A stretch of DNA of 64,000 bases, from the NCBI RefSeq assembly GCF_036588685.1, contig NC_086376.1:61566001-61630000 (forward strand). The letters run 5' to 3'. A model generated the notes under the pieces. It was given only the letters and a program-made list of their open reading frames with translations, was not told the DNA's origin and made no database searches. Positions 37,798 through 52,086 of this stretch are shown here, piece by piece (within the stretch, counting starts at the first letter, position 1; each line of letters opens with the position of its first letter). The position numbers were made by a program, and so were the translations under genes. The stretch is from Mytilus trossulus (taxonomy: Eukaryota).

Positions 37798-40780
37798 GAT
37801 CCAAGAAGTCCATGATAAATTGATGTCGATATTTTACAGTTTTTTTATAATGGTTTATGAATATTAAAATAAATATTATTCTCTTTCTTCTTGATTTTTC
37901 ATGCACGTTTTGTTTTCTTTTTAAATACAATTAAGTTGAAATATAGAGGTATACACAATTCAATTGAAAACAATTTATGGACGAATTACTGCGACCAAAA
38001 GGTAAAATGAGAAACAAAAGACAACAAAACATTTTCCAAAATAACCCCATGCAATATATTAAACCTTACTCATCACATGGAAACGAAATTACTATCCGTG
38101 GCGAGGTTATCATTATTTCACAGGAGCCTAACTTCATACAGGAACTTCGGATGAAGAAAGCAAAGATGCTGGCAGTATCCATTAACTTTTCTTGTTTGCT
38201 ATATAAAAGATTGTCTCTTGCTGAATAATACACTTTTTTGTGACTAGGCTGAAAACATCTTTTCCATTGAACTGGAGACAATATATTATAAAGTCTGTCT
38301 CTTATCTTAACGTTCACATTGATACACAAGTTGGATAAGGCAGTATTGCTGCATGGTCATGTAGAGTCCTTATGACTTACAGGATAACACATCATCATTT
38401 TGGCAGTCGTTTTATTTTTATTCCATGTAAATGTAAATACGACTCTTCAAAACTGAACTGTAAAAGGTCATACTTTTTGCAGACTGATTGTGACGTTGAA
38501 CACTTAAGCATTTGGAAGGTTACTGATTGATATATAAATAAAGGCAACAGTAGTATACTTCCTATCAAAAGTCATTAACAGATTTAGAGAAAACAATTCC
38601 ATGTCGAGAAGTACAACATCATCAGTAAGAATAAAACAACGAAACAACAGAACACTGACTTGGTTCAGGACATTTTAAGAAACAATGTAAGTCTGGCAAC
38701 TATGGTTTAATTATAAGTTGAAATCATATTGAACTAGCATTCTTCTTTTGCGAAACACTTCTGTGTAGCTCATTGTAGATATACTTTATTTTTGTTTCAT
38801 TATTCGGTGATGTAGAAGGAAAGAGGACAGGATATGGCAACGGATGCTTTGAAAAAAAAACTTCGTTCATTCTGAGACAACAACTGTAAATTAGAAATTA
38901 TTGCAATTATTTGTAGATTTAAGATTTAACAAATATGCAAGAAAATTATTGGGATTTTTCTTAAAAGTCTCTACTTAGAAAAATGTATCAGATGTAGGAA
39001 TGTACATAGTAGCATAATTTACATTTATAAAAATCCTGCAATAATTTCTGAACTCTATTATAAAAAATCAAAAAAAAATCAAAACAGTACAAAATATTTC
39101 ACACGTAACTAGAAAAGATTGGTCAACATGAAAATCAAGAAAAAGATGAAAACAAAACAATAAAACCATGGTATTGCACTAAGATCTACGACGGAGAGGT
39201 TTCGTTATTATATTGATTATAAATGATAATTTGTTTATATCAAAAGACATTATATACGAAGGTCAAATTATCTGTAATGATAATTTGAATGTAGTTATTG
39301 TGTATTGTTTGTATTTGATGAAACAGAAAATAAGACTTTTACAAAACCAAGTTGTAATGTCGATTATTCAAATCCCTAGATTAGTTAAAGTCAAATAACA
39401 AACTGAGAATATCTCTTGAAATCGAAAACGAATAAAAATGTGTCAACAAACTAATGTACATGTAGATTATTAGACCTTGATTATCTGTGAGATCATTTTA
39501 TATCAAGATCAGTTGGAAGGATGCGATCTTTGCTAAATTTTTAAAGAAAGGTGGTATGGGTTTTAATACTTTTGATGTCCATGAGGGTACTTGTAGCTGT
39601 TTACGTCAATAACATGTTGTCTGTTGTGAGGAGTTGTCTAAATAGTAATCACACCACATCTTCTTGTTTTCATTATTCAGAGAGAGAGAAAAGTATACAA
39701 CATGACCTCAAATTTGTCCTCTTATTTCAATGAATGAACTAGAATAATAGAAATCATAAACACATTTGGTTTCCATAAGAATGAACAGTGCATTTACAAA
39801 CACGCCTACCAAAGTTATAAAAAATGGTTTAAATGAAAAATTAAGAAAGATTAAAATGAGACTCTGTAAATTTGAACTTGTTGCCGAATTTGACCTATAT
39901 ACGGATGCCACATATTAAGCAGGATCTATTTAGCCTCCCGGAGCTGGATTTGTTTTGTTTGTTCCGTTGTTTTCCTCTCAAAGTTGAAAGGTTTAAGCTA
40001 TTTTACATTCATCTTGAGAGGCGCCACTTCTCGTGGATTTCAATAAAGGAGTAAGAAAAAACATGACGGCAGCACGGTGGTTTTCATGGAAATAACCACT
40101 GTCTATACGGCAAAATAGCTTATATGGCTCAAAGGAACTGATTTTTCATCCTGATGATGTGAGTTTCAGAGATTCTTTCCTGTAAATACGATTTTCATCA
40201 CAACATGTGGCCTCTTTGCTATTTAAAGACATTCACGATACTACAAATCTGATTTCCAGAAATGTCGCAATAAATAATCACATTGAACTTTTAATGTTTT
40301 TTAGGAATCAAATTTTTGAAAAAAGATTGTGCGAATTAAGAATCAATACAGGATATTATTCCCTTTCTTCATATGACGTGCTTCTTTTGTTTTGTCGACA
40401 AACACATGCTCGAAATCCAACAAAATTTGTTTGCATATGCGTATATTGACTACTGCAGAATAATGAAATTTATCAAACTGGCATGCATGCACTTAATATA
40501 TTTAATTAATTTAAAACGCTTTCAACTCTAAAATTAGTCACATTTTGTTACTAATACATTTATTATGACTACAATGTGTTACAATTTGCAATTGACATAT
40601 TTGGCCTAGCTAAAAAACACCACTCCTTCTGAAAAATCACATAGCCAGTCGTTCGTTGTTAACAAACAAAAAAGGAAGGTTCATGGAAGAGCCAACACAA
40701 ATGCTCTACACTAATACACATTGGACATAGAAATTACCTTTATTGTCCTTATCGATCATAATCAATATAATGGATGCAAT

Positions 40781-40905
40781 TATACTTTATTGCAGTTTTA
40801 ACAAGGGTAGGCATTATATTCGTGTTATTTTCGCCCTCATTATTACACGGACCAAAATAACAACAAATATATTTCCTACCCATGTTAAAACTACAATAAA
40901 GTATA
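40781..40905. repeat. ~125 bp imperfect inverted repeat (collapsed foldback/MITE)
   Basis: TATACTTTATTGCAGTTTTAACAAGGGTAGG ... CCTACCCATGTTAAAACTACAATAAAGTATA. Confidence 0.65.
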
Positions 40906-41422
40906 CTTTGCATTAAATATTTCTTAAAAAGGATTTGATATTTTTGTTATCCGTTTCATTTGTTAAAGGTTTTTCTAAAATTGTTATCAACTTAGGAACA
41001 TGACAGTTGTTATCCACTCATTTTATGTGTTATATTTTTTATTTTGCCATGTAATTAGGGACTTTCCGTTTCGAACTTTCCTTTTAGTTCGTTTTATTTT
41101 AATGTTATTTAATTTTTTAATATATACATTTAATTGATTTCCAAGGATATTCGTCAACTGTGAAAAAACACTTGACAAAATGCGAATTCTGTACGACTTA
41201 ATATTATGATAAAGATTCAACTTTATTGACCGATTTATCCTAAAATACAACTAAAATTGTGCATTTATGAATTTTGATATTATTAAGAAACTAAGGTTTC
41301 AACTCCCTCAGGCAAAGTTGACATACGATGAATTGGGCTATCAATTTTAGGTATTTTTGTCATGTAGCTCTTCAACGATTTCGGTACTTTTCATCCTTGG
41401 ATTTCAAATGTTTGGATTTGAA

Positions 41423-41462
41423 CGTTCCTGGTGAAGGTAGTTCCAGAAAAGCGCTTCGGACG
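41423..41462 (+). ncRNA. Degenerate minimal hammerhead motif (different family)
   Basis: CGUUC-CUGGUGA-AGG(UAGUU)CCA-GAAA-A(GCGC)U-UC/GGACG; the core has an A6>G change. Confidence 0.55.
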
Positions 41463-42099
41463 ATTTGGAATTATCAAACGTGTTGTTTTCAATTTATTAC
41501 AATCTAATTTTCAATCTTGGTTCCAATATACGATGCGCAAAACGTTGCAGCAAAAAGGGATGTCAGCAAAACTCATGTATGGTATTAATCAAACTATAAG
41601 AATTAGATACACCCGTGAGAACGTTAACCCGACTGGGTGTATCTCATTTTTTTAAAGACAGTATTGTCAATGAGTGATAGTTTTAAATAATTTAAGGGAG
41701 GATCTATCAGTGAATTGACCATATGTAATTGATAAGCATGACACATGTTGGGTATTCAATTTTATTTAACGACGTTTTTGGTGTAGCTTTACTTGTTCAA
41801 TTTACTTTCGATTGGATATACAATATATTTTTAGGGGGTAAGTGTTTGAGTTGTTGCAAATTATTGTCTAGAGTATAAACGTCTAACTAGAATTCTGATA
41901 TATATTTTTTGAAAAATGAAATATTCATATAACCAAGGGAGGAAAAAAAATAAAACAACACGTTATAAATTTCATGTGTCCAAAGCTCTTACAATTTTCG
42001 ATTTAAATTTTGGATTTTTAAAATAAATTAGCCTACATCATCACGCAAGATATATTCTTTAGTGTACCTTTAATGTTGTTACCAAAACAAGTAATATAA

Positions 42100-43330
42100 C
42101 GATGTGGTATGATTGCCAATAATAAAACCGTCCACAAGAGACCAAAATGACACAGACATTAACAACTATATGTCACCGTACGGCTTTCAACAATGAGCAA
42201 AGCCCATACCGCATAGTCAGCTATAAAAGGCCCCAATAAGACAATGTAAAACAATTCAAACGAGAAAACCAACGGCCTTATTTATATAAAAAAAATGAAA
42301 GAAAAAAAATATGTACTAGTTACACAAAACAAACGAGAACCACTGAATTACAGGCTCCTGACTTTGGACAGACACAAACTTAAATAATGTGGCGGGGTTA
42401 AACATGTTAGCAAAATCGCAACCCTTCCCTAACCTGGGACAGTGGTATAACAGTACAACATAAGAACGAACTATAAAAATAGTTGAAAAAGGCTTAACTC
42501 ATCAGATGGACAAAAATACAAGTGGACGTTGCCGTGTACTTGTACATCCCGACATTAAAAAGACACTAGGAACAGATCTGAGAGTACTCGCAGTTATCTG
42601 ACAGCTAGTTCAAAGCCACAAACAACTTATAAAAAAATATGCATCTAAGATTAAAATAGTAATCCGTACACATCCAACATCCAATAGATTTAGTGTTATT
42701 TGTAAAGATGTCATGAACAGCCAAAGAAAAACATGACCTTGTGCAATGCCAAGTTACAGATATCGACAGATTGTAGATCAATGAATGTGTACATTTATAT
42801 AACAGTGTTGAATTGGTAACCTTTTAGAATAAGTTTATTTGTAGGAGCGATAAGTTTACACGGATCATTTCAAAATTTCCGGGCACGGTTAACAATATTT
42901 CCGTAAAAATGAGGATATGCTATCCCGTTTGAAATATGGTACAGCCAAACTTCAAAACCAAATCTTTAAATCTATGGAAAAATTTAGTAAGGGTTTTAAG
43001 TAATTTATGGTAACGATATCCCTGGTTTAACAATTTACCAGTTATACATAGATTGCGTTCGTTAAAATCAAAAACGTCACAACAGGCAAGGGCATAGCGA
43101 TCGAGCTGTGAAATATAAACACCGCAAGATGCTGCCAAAGGATCATCAACATCTAAAATGTAAAATTAATAATAGGGAACGAAAAATCGTGTGGCGTTTC
43201 CATTTAAAACAGAAATATCTAAATCCAGGAAAGAACAGTTATGACCGAATAAATTTGATCTATTTAAAGTAAGTTCCTTGGGGGTAAATTTCAGCAGTAT
43301 ATTGAGAAAATTCTTGATTATTTAACGAAA
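42100..43330 (-). mobile_element. 5'-truncated Penelope-like retroelement remnant (RT C-terminal region plus 3' end)
   Basis: ORF 42920..43138 GVYISQLDRYALACCDVFDFNERNLCITGKLLNQGYRYHKL matches the YGVYISQLIRYARAC...KLL.QGY post-RT motif. Upstream frames are disrupted. The 3' end is shared with 21965-22410. Confidence 0.75.
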
Positions 43331-44506
43331 AAATATCAAAAGACTGTCTGGCGTAATAAATTATAATCCTGGTACTTTGATAACTTTATCATCCCTTAAC
43401 GAGAAATAGCAGAGACTGAAGGGATAAATAAAAAGAAGACAAACTGCCAACGTCATGGAAAATATACGAAAAATGACAAAAATACAAACAACACCATAGG
43501 AAGTGAGGAACAAGAACTTCTCTCAGACCCGGGTTGATCTCAGCGGAAAGTGAGAAAATCATGCTATTCATATTTGAAAAACAAACAACAATTTAAAATC
43601 TTTGATAAAATTAAACTATAACGCGTTTAAAATAGAAATTTATCTGTAGAGAAATATATTTTGTTTTTGGTTTTGATGTGGCATAACTGCTATCTCTCTG
43701 AAAATAATTAAAAAATGAAGACATTTTCGCAGTTTATAAAAAGGGTTATACAAAAAATCTTTAATCAAATAAGAAGGACAAAATAAAAATTAAAAAAAAT
43801 CATACTGACGGTAAAATATTGGTACATTTACATAGAGTTATTCATAAAAACGTTTTTAGGTTTTGATTTAAAAGGAACAGACATGTGCACACTGGTTATT
43901 TCGATAAGTGCACTTACAAATGAAATGCACCTGCTTAAGAAAAAGGCAGCAGTAGAATACCGCTGTTCAAAACTTGTAAATCTATTGACAAAAAACAAAA
44001 TCAGGGTAACAAACTAAAACTGAGGGACACGCATTTAATATAAGAGTAGAACAACGACACAACATTAAAATGTAACACACACAAAAACGGACTAAGCATT
44101 AGACAAAATCCGATTGGAATAACAAATTTAACATCAAAACTAAATACACGAATTAGGGATAGAAAAGTACCGAGACACGTCTTATAATAATGTAAATTCA
44201 CACTCAAATATTAGAGAAAACAATCGAAACAACTGAAACACAACGTTAAAATGTCAAACACACAGAAACGAACTATAATAACAATTGCCATTTTCCTGAC
44301 TTGATACAGGACATTTTTAAAGAAAAAATGGTGGGTTGAACCTGGTTTTATGGCATGCCAAACCTCGTACTTTAATGGCAATGTTAAATACGACATTAAA
44401 ATGACAACATAAAATTTCAGGAATACAATACAAATAAATAGGAGAAGGTATAAGGCAAGGACACACATGAATAATATATAACAATGGCATCAGGTTTAAA
44501 ATTCAA

Positions 44507-44550
44507 TACGTCAAAAACGCGCCTCGTCCACACAAGACTCACCAGTGACG
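44507..44550 (-). ncRNA. Decayed hammerhead motif within a retrozyme/PLE-terminal remnant (~44450-44770)
   Basis: Reverse complement CGUCA-CUGGUGA-GUC(UUGUGUG)GAC-GAGG-CGCGUUUU-UGACG; both core strands are mutated. Confidence 0.45.
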
Positions 44551-44962
44551 ACCAGATATAAAAGTTCGAAAGTAAAAAAAAGATACAAAGTTGTACAGCA
44601 CTGAGGATCAAAAGTTTAAAAAGGTTGTGCCAAATACGGCTAGAGTTTTCGGCTTGGGACAAGAACATCATTATTATTTAGAACAATTTATGCTATTGCA
44701 AACAGTAAATTTTATTAAATGAATATAAAAGATATACACAATAAAACTGAAGTATTAACTAATTACAGAAAACTTTTATAAGATAACAATAAAAAGTTAA
44801 CATTCAGTTGGTTGTGAAATATATCAATAAACGATGTTTACAAGTGTTTAATTTTGAAAAGATAAATTGCAAATACTATATTAATGGACATTGATAGAAT
44901 TTCCAGACATACACAATTTGTATATAAACTCATCAAAGATACCAGGACAAAATTTTGTATAT

Positions 44963-45005
44963 ACGCCAGGCGCGAGTTTCGTCTAAAAAGACTCATCAGT
45001 GACGC
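44963..45005 (-). ncRNA. Minimal hammerhead motif with the cleavage triplet mutated (GUC>GCC)
   Basis: Reverse complement GCGUCA-CUGAUGA-GUCU(UUUU)AGAC-GAAA-C(UCGC)G-CC/UGGCGU, followed by the same TCCTGGTATCT..GATGAGTTTA tail as at 23344. Confidence 0.65.
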
Positions 45006-45039
45006 TCCAGTGAAAGTGAACAAATACTTTAAAATAAAT

Positions 45040-45340
45040 GAGAACTTCCCCTTAAATCTAAATTACACATGAAGTATGAATTAAATATTATTGATAGGTG
45101 AAATTCCACAAACCACAATAATTACAGCAGTTAAAACAAAGCAACACATAATTGATGACAATATTTTCGATCATTGTGGTTAACATTGTTTAAATAGACC
45201 CAACATTACAAAGGAACAACATTGTCAAATGTCTCTTCCATAACTGATTATTACAACATGTTTGGTCAATGATTCTGGTATATAAAGGACAACAATCACC
45301 AAGTAGCACAAGGAACTCGCCATCATAGAAAGACACATAG
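45040..45340 (+). promoter_or_regulatory. Promoter and non-coding exon 1 of copy 5
   Basis: GAGAACTTCCCC 45040-45051; TTTTCGATCATTGTGGTTAAC 45164-45184; TATATAAA 45279-45286; donor GTAAGT at 45341. Confidence 0.7.
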
Positions 45341-45628
45341 GTAAGTAGTTGATATACTTAAAATATATGTTTAGTGTTTGTTTGAAAAATTATATTTTTC
45401 ACATATTGCATATTTCATATTATTATTTTTTTTAAATGAATTTTTGACGACTGGAAACAATTAACCTTCTTGAATACTTTTTCAACTTACTCTGCCCCAT
45501 GGCATTCTCACTCCTCACATTTTCATTTATTTTATTATTATTTGTTGTCCGGATTGCCAATGATTTGATTTCAAATACATTATAATATAATTTGATTATT
45601 AATTAATATCGTTTCAGAACCAACAAAC

Positions 45629-46591
45629 ATGACACCAATAGTATTGATCTGTTTAGCCCTTTTTGGACTCGTGGCATCGGAGGCCGGAGAGAAAGGATAT
45701 AGTCCCAAATATAACCTGAAAACATATGGAAACCCATTTGGGCCAGGTTTGATTGGAAGTAATGCATTTCAAGGAAATGGTGGATTCGGATATCCGTCTT
45801 ATGGCAGATTAGGTTATGGATATGGAGGATTTGCCAACAACGCACATGGTTACGGTTCACCATTAAACATTGGTGGTTATTCTGGAATCAATGGCTATAG
45901 TGCACAAAGTGGATATCCTGGATACGGGTTCAAGAATGGAAGGGGTTTGAACGGATTAGGTGGTTATGGAAATTACGGCGTATACGGTAATGGAATAAGA
46001 CCTTTCATGGGTTATGGATACGATCAAGGACTTGGAGGAAATGTATATGGAGCATATGGCATTAATGGGGCATACGGTGTTAATAATCATGGATCTTATG
46101 GTATTGACGGTATTGGTAGTTTGAATGGTTTTGGATCATATGGTGGTTTGAATGGTTTTAGATCATATGGTATTGGTAGTTTAAATGGTTTTGGATCATA
46201 CGGTATTGGTGGTTTGAATGGTTTTGGTATTAACGCTAATGGTGGGCTCACTAATGGAAGAAACAGTTACAGTGGGTTTGGCAGTTTTGGTAAATTTGGA
46301 GGTAAGTAATATTAGATCGCTAACTAAAATAAAATTGAAATTTTATAAATATAATATAATAACAATTGAGAGGAAGTGTCATACACAATGGCATATCCTT
46401 TTTTGATGTAAAGATTTATTCTCTTAGTTCTTGTGCATTGTATTCTATTTTAAAAATGATTTAGATTACATATTTTCTGAATCAAAAGAGAATTTGAACT
46501 TAATTCACAACTCTTCCTTCAATAATTCAATGTAATCAACTTATCATGTAAAAATTGTTTTATCATTTCAGGTAAAAAAGGAACATATTAA
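45629..46591 (+). CDS. Secreted Gly/Asn/Tyr-rich structural protein, copy 5; join(45629..46301,46572..46591), 230 aa
   Basis: Acceptor ends 45617; signal peptide MTPIVLICLALFGLVASEA; donor GTAAGT at 46302; acceptor TTTCAG ends 46571; exon 3 gives GKKGTY-TAA. Confidence 0.9.
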
Positions 46592-47228
46592 AATCCATGG
46601 AGGCATTGCAGAATTGTTGGCGATATTCTACAAATTTGTTTATTTTGTTTGTAATGGTTTATAAATAATAAAATGAATATTAAATAGTTCATTGTACTTG
46701 ATTTGTTCATGCAAGTTCTGTTTTCTCAAGGTCAAATACATCAAACATATGGATAACAACTGTCATATTCCGGACTTGGTACAGGCACTTTTTTTGTAGA
46801 AAATGGTGGATTAAACCTGATTTTTTAGCTACCTGAACCTCTCACTTGTATGATAGTCACATCAAATTTCATTATCCTTACAACAATGTGTGAACAAAAC
46901 AAACTAAAATAAAACATAATAGGTAAAAATGTAAAAATGTAAAAAAATAGAGGTACAGTAATCAACATTGTGTTATATTCTCAATCGCTTTAAAAACAAA
47001 CAAACATTTAAAAAAAGAAGCGTTAAAAGGCATATAGACAAGGCATATTAGCAGAAACGATACGCAAGAATACAAAAAACTAAAATAGCACAAAAACACA
47101 ATGGCGGATCGTATTTGTACGCATACTGAGCAACGCCAAAGAAACACAAAGAGACATATAGCTATAGACAAGGAACATTAGCAAAAATGAAAGACACGAA
47201 TATAAAAATTATAATAGAACTATAACAC

Positions 47229-47411
47229 AATTCGCCGTTTCAGAATCTAATGAATCCTGGGTAATATTTTCAAAAGCGTACACCAAAGCGTTGTGATTGG
47301 TTTAAAACGTTATAGACAATGGAAATTCAACCAGTGACGTAACGTTATTTTCCCTTTGGGGTACGAACAATGAAATTACCCATGATGCTCTAGATTCTGA
47401 AACGGCCAATT
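47229..47411. mobile_element. ~180 bp MITE
   Basis: AATTCGCCGTTTCAGAATCTA ... TAGATTCTGAAACGGCCAATT; absent from the paralogous flank of copy 6 (~54455). Confidence 0.7.
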
Positions 47412-49689
47412 GCTAAATATGTAAGTACAAAGCCATGTCATATGTAACAAAGAAACACAAAAAAAGTATAAAGACAAAGCACATTATATAAACAAATCAT
47501 GACTAAAATAGGAGATAAAGCTATGTGAAATTATAAATGAGATTTTAAACAAAATGAGAGGACCTGGTATAAAATCTGTTTCGATCTAACTCTGCTTGAT
47601 GAACATTTTACTACAGTTGCCTTCATTAACCTTTACTGATAATATAGCAGTCAAGAACTTAAAAAGGTGCTATCTTGGTTTTTTTCAAATACTGTAACGT
47701 CATATATGTTGAATACAAAATGAGTTCTATTTTGGCTGGATATGTTAATAAGCCCTACATTATGTATACTTGCGAAGTAGTTCGCCTTGATCAGTATATA
47801 TAGCCATTACAGATAATGAATGCACGAAATATATTTATTACTGACAAATAATCGGTAATTTCGTTACCAAAATATACATTAACACAGATTTTTTAATCAG
47901 TCTGGTTGGTTGCATGCTTTTAAACTACATAGCCGGCAATACTATGTAATGATATCCTGTTTGCTATGAGGTTTCAAAATATCACAATTCGGAATATGAA
48001 AATAGGGTTCCCTTATTTACACTATAAAGCAGAGAATAGACAACTTTCGAGTTCGATGCATTTTCGTCAAAAACTGTGGTTTTAGTGAACATAATTTGTA
48101 ACATTCCAATGTTGAGCGAGTGGTTGGAAAATTATAATTCTTTATTGCACACATTATTTGGCAAACTAAATTCTCATAATTGACAATCAGCACTGCTGTC
48201 ATTGGGGAATTGTGACAATGTACTTACAAAACAATTTTTTTTTAGTGTATCTTGCACAATGACGATCACTAAGACGCTTGATGAACGTTGATAGTGAAGG
48301 GATACAGGCGACACCCTCTATCTTGTAAATGACGTCACCAAGACGTGTCTAACTGACAAGTTTTTTCCGGTGACGAATGAACTCGAAAGTGGTTTGTTAT
48401 ATTGGTATCCTAAGATATAAAAATTGCTGAAAAAAAGAAAACGAGTGAAGACATCAAACTTTTGTTTCGGTCAAACAGTTCATAATGTTGAATTTTTAAG
48501 AACATTTTTTTCACATATAAAAAGAAGTGAAAACCAATATAATAAAAAAAACTTTAACTTTGGTGTCTTTGTAAGTTGTTGCTTAGCCAAAAACAAAGAC
48601 TCAGGCCTATTAGGAAACAAAGCTCTTAAACAGAGATTACTTTTCAAAATTATATCTCATATTCAAAAACTGTTACCAACTGTAACATAAGAAATAATAA
48701 GGCTGTTGTTTGGTTTACTAATGTTGATGGTGTCCATAAAACTTATGAAGTGTTCCATACTCTAAATGCACGAATGACACACGTCATATTTCCCATCACA
48801 AGGAACCATTCGATGAATATTCATATTCTCCGAGAATAGGTTTGTGGTGCTAATCAATTTATAGATATCCAAAAACTTACTGTTTGCTATAAATGTATTA
48901 CAAATGTTGCAACTAGATAAAATACTGAATGATTTCTGGACGGTTTCGGCTATTCGATATATTTTCAGCCTGTTTGTTTAGCGTGGTTTGTATGGCCTTG
49001 ACGATTTTAAGAGACGAAATATATGTGTGACTGATGAATTTAAAAGTCAGGGATTTTGTTACTACTAATATCATGAATATCTAAACATCTGTACTAAAAC
49101 CTTACGATTTACAAAGATTTGATAAGGCACTATGGCTGATCATTGAAAACCCGAAAAACAAAAAGTAAATCAAATCATAAATTTGCCGGTTATGTAATTT
49201 TAACAGTATGTACATTTAAATCTGCTCCATCAACACTTAGCTGTAAAACGTTCTGCTTCTGTAATAACGAGTTTGACGTCGTACACTACAATATAGGAAG
49301 ACTACTGATTCGTATATAAGCATCGGAAACATGGTGGATTTATCATAAGTTAGAATGAAATTTGAACAAGCTTCCAGTATTTGCGAAAACCTGTGATATT
49401 GCTTATGACAGGAATTCATTTTGCAACATTTAATGGTTAGTAAGAAGTAATTAAAATTGATAAATCAAGGAAACACAGATAGGCACTCCTTTAATAAAAA
49501 TAATTAAAACAGGACAGACTATTTAAGACGTTACTGGAAAAGATCGACCAGCATGAAAAACTAAGAAGAAAAAAAGGAAACAACATGGTAGTGCATTTAA
49601 TCTGCGACTTTTCATTTTGGAGCAGCCAAGTTCAAATGTCGATCATTTATATTTATCAAGGCGATGATAGTTTTAATCTTCTCCGGTCA

Positions 49690-51210
49690 TAGAGGAGTTG
49701 TCTTGCTCCATGACAAAAGTGTTGTCGTTTCAGCTGACAAAGTCTCAAACAATATTGTTTTTGTTTGCAAGAAACACTACATTGACTGCCTGATTAAGAA
49801 ACTCGGAATAAATAACACACACGGAATTCCTAAACATACACTAAGTACGCTTACGAAGCATGAAATCCTGGAAAACCACAATTCGGTTATAATTTCCTTT
49901 GGTGATAATCCAAGGGATGAAGACCAGGATCTTCCATCCTTATATTGGATTCATAAGCTTCACAAAAATCATTATAAGGAAATATGTATTGCAGGTTCTT
50001 CCAAGTGTTCCACTAAACCCTTTCTATACGTCTTACTGCCATACTCACTGCAGTTAAAGAAGAAGGACTTCAGAAATATTCTGATTTAGAAGCGGTGTTA
50101 ATCAGATGTGGATGCTGAAAAATTCAAAAGAGTTATTGTTGAATTCACAATCTCATCATTACAGAGGTGTACCATCTCACAGAGACATAACTTGGGAATG
50201 TTACCAGTACATTTACATGTGCATATTGTTTACATTTAGATCTGTGGTAACCTTTCATTCGAGGTAGGGATAGTTATGGAAATAAGTGTTGGTTTGAAAT
50301 CTGAGAAGTTCAGGGCATATAAACGTTGATAACATGCCGCACAGCCCTATATTTTGACCTTTGAAAAAAATTGTGGTGCAAATGAACTTCAATTCTAGGA
50401 TAAGATTTTTTTCAAAACTTCATAGCACAAGTGGTACAGTTTGAGCCGTAAAAGGAGTTCCTATGGAAAATTGCATTGTCAATATTTACAGAAATGCAAC
50501 CTATAACATTTTACCAACACTAAAACCTTTGAGTTTTCTACTTTGTATTCTACTATTCCACATACTAAACTCAAAGCTCGACTTAAAGAACTCCTCTTAT
50601 GTTTCTGTACTATCTCTTAATAATAATAATAGATTCAGTGGTCACTTACATTTAATATATCTAAGTGAACTTGAAATTAAAGAAACTACCGACACAGATA
50701 AATCACAGTTAGACCTTTTTTTTTCGAAATGACTACTGATGGTAGGTTAAGTACAAAAAATTATGACAAACGCGATGATATTAATTTTCCTATAGTCAAC
50801 TTTCAATTTCTATGTAGCAACATCCCATCTGCAGTATATGTATCTCAATTGATACGTTACTGATACGGTAAGTTGATTTTGTTGAACGATGAATACTGCT
50901 TTCTCGAAAGTTGCTAAGACAGGGCAATCAAATTAAGGTCATCACTCACGATTACGATGTTTGAGCTGATTGGTCATTATGACAAAAGTGTGTCAGAAAT
51001 CATATATGATATTCTTCCTCAGTCATAATAACCTTTCATCATTACCGAACTGAACAAAGAAATAACACGACGACAGCCGTATACGATGCAGGAAATGCTT
51101 ACCCTTCCAGAGCACCTAATTTCACTCCCGGTTTTTACTGGAGTTCGTGTTGTTTCTTATTTATTATTCATAACTGTTGATGTAAATGTCTTTTGGTTTT
51201 GTGAGTCTAT
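49690..51210 (+). mobile_element. Degenerate Penelope-like retroelement reverse transcriptase (pseudogenised, internally deleted, interrupted at ~50160-50520)
   Basis: Motifs in order: LHDK.VVV.ADK.SNNIVFVCKK, LPSLYWIHKLHK..IAGSSKCSTKP, GVNQMWMLKNSKELL (~50095), TFEFSTLYSTIPH (~50525), LSLNN...ELEIKETTDT, YDKRDDINFPIVNF..LCSNIP, YVSQLIRY. The structured 3' module follows at 51062-51155. Confidence 0.8.
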
Positions 51211-51361
51211 ACGTAAATTATGAGATATGAAGGAAATAATTAAAAGAGTAAATAAGATGAATAAAAATTATGTTTGAAAATTTGCACAATATTATTTGTT
51301 TTTTCAACCAATGATCTAATAAATGAAATTAACCTAATATATTGAAACCATTTTATTGCCA

Positions 51362-51576
51362 TACTGTGGATTCATTTATTTTCGTGAGTACCAATTTTCG
51401 TGGATTAAGAAAAAAACTTGCATGTTCGTGGATATTTAATTTCGTGGTTTTGACGAAGTTTGTGTACAAGCCTCAGTTAAATGAGTAGTTCGTTGAAGAT
51501 TTAATTTCGTGGTTCATCTGTACCAAACAAAATCAACGAAAATTGGTATCCAACGAATATAAATGAGTTCACAGTA
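51362..51576. mobile_element. TA-flanked MITE (Tc1/mariner-type ends)
   Basis: TACTGTGGATTCATTTATTTTCGT ... ACGAATATAAATGAGTTCACAGTA; internal TTTCGTGG repeats. Confidence 0.75.
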
Positions 51577-51788
51577 AATATCCTATATAATAAATGAACA
51601 TTTTAACAAAACAATAAAACGCGCACATTCAGCTTGTTGCCTAATCTATAAGATAACGGCGATTAACATGTTTGAAGTTTAAATAGATAAATGTTAAATA
51701 CGGTAATGAAAGGTAACAATATACGACACAAATAAATAAAAATGTAAATAGCTATAGGTGAAAGTATACGAACACCTAGATAAAATGA

Positions 51789-52086
51789 GGATTTTCCCTA
51801 AAACTAAATTACACATTTAGTTTAAATTAAATATTATTGATAGGTGAAAATCCACAAACCACGATGATTACAGCGGGTAAAACAATAGCAACAAATAATT
51901 GATGACAACATTTTCTATCATTGTGGTTAACCTTGTTTAAATAGCCCACTATTACAGATGTTAATCATTGTAAAATGTCTATTCTATAACAGATTATTAC
52001 AACATGTTTGGTCAGTTTTTATGGTATATAAAGAAAAACGATCACAAAGTATCACAAGAAACCCGCCACCATAGAAAGACACAGAG
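51789..52086 (+). promoter_or_regulatory. Promoter and non-coding exon 1 of copy 6
   Basis: GGATTTTCCC 51789-51798; TTTTCTATCATTGTGGTTAACC 51911-51932; TATATAAA 52025-52032; donor GTGAGT at 52087. Confidence 0.7.

Larger units (their letters stand above)
3880..40170 (+). repeat. Tandem segmental duplication: four 8.5-12 kb units carrying gene copies 1-4 with their introns and intergenic DNA
   Basis: Long colinear near-identical blocks recur, e.g. 6300-9560 ~ 15090-15580+19530-22800 ~ 27309-31310 ~ 37778-39950. ATG spacings are 8477, 12239 and 9670 bp. Boundaries are approximate. Confidence 0.85.
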
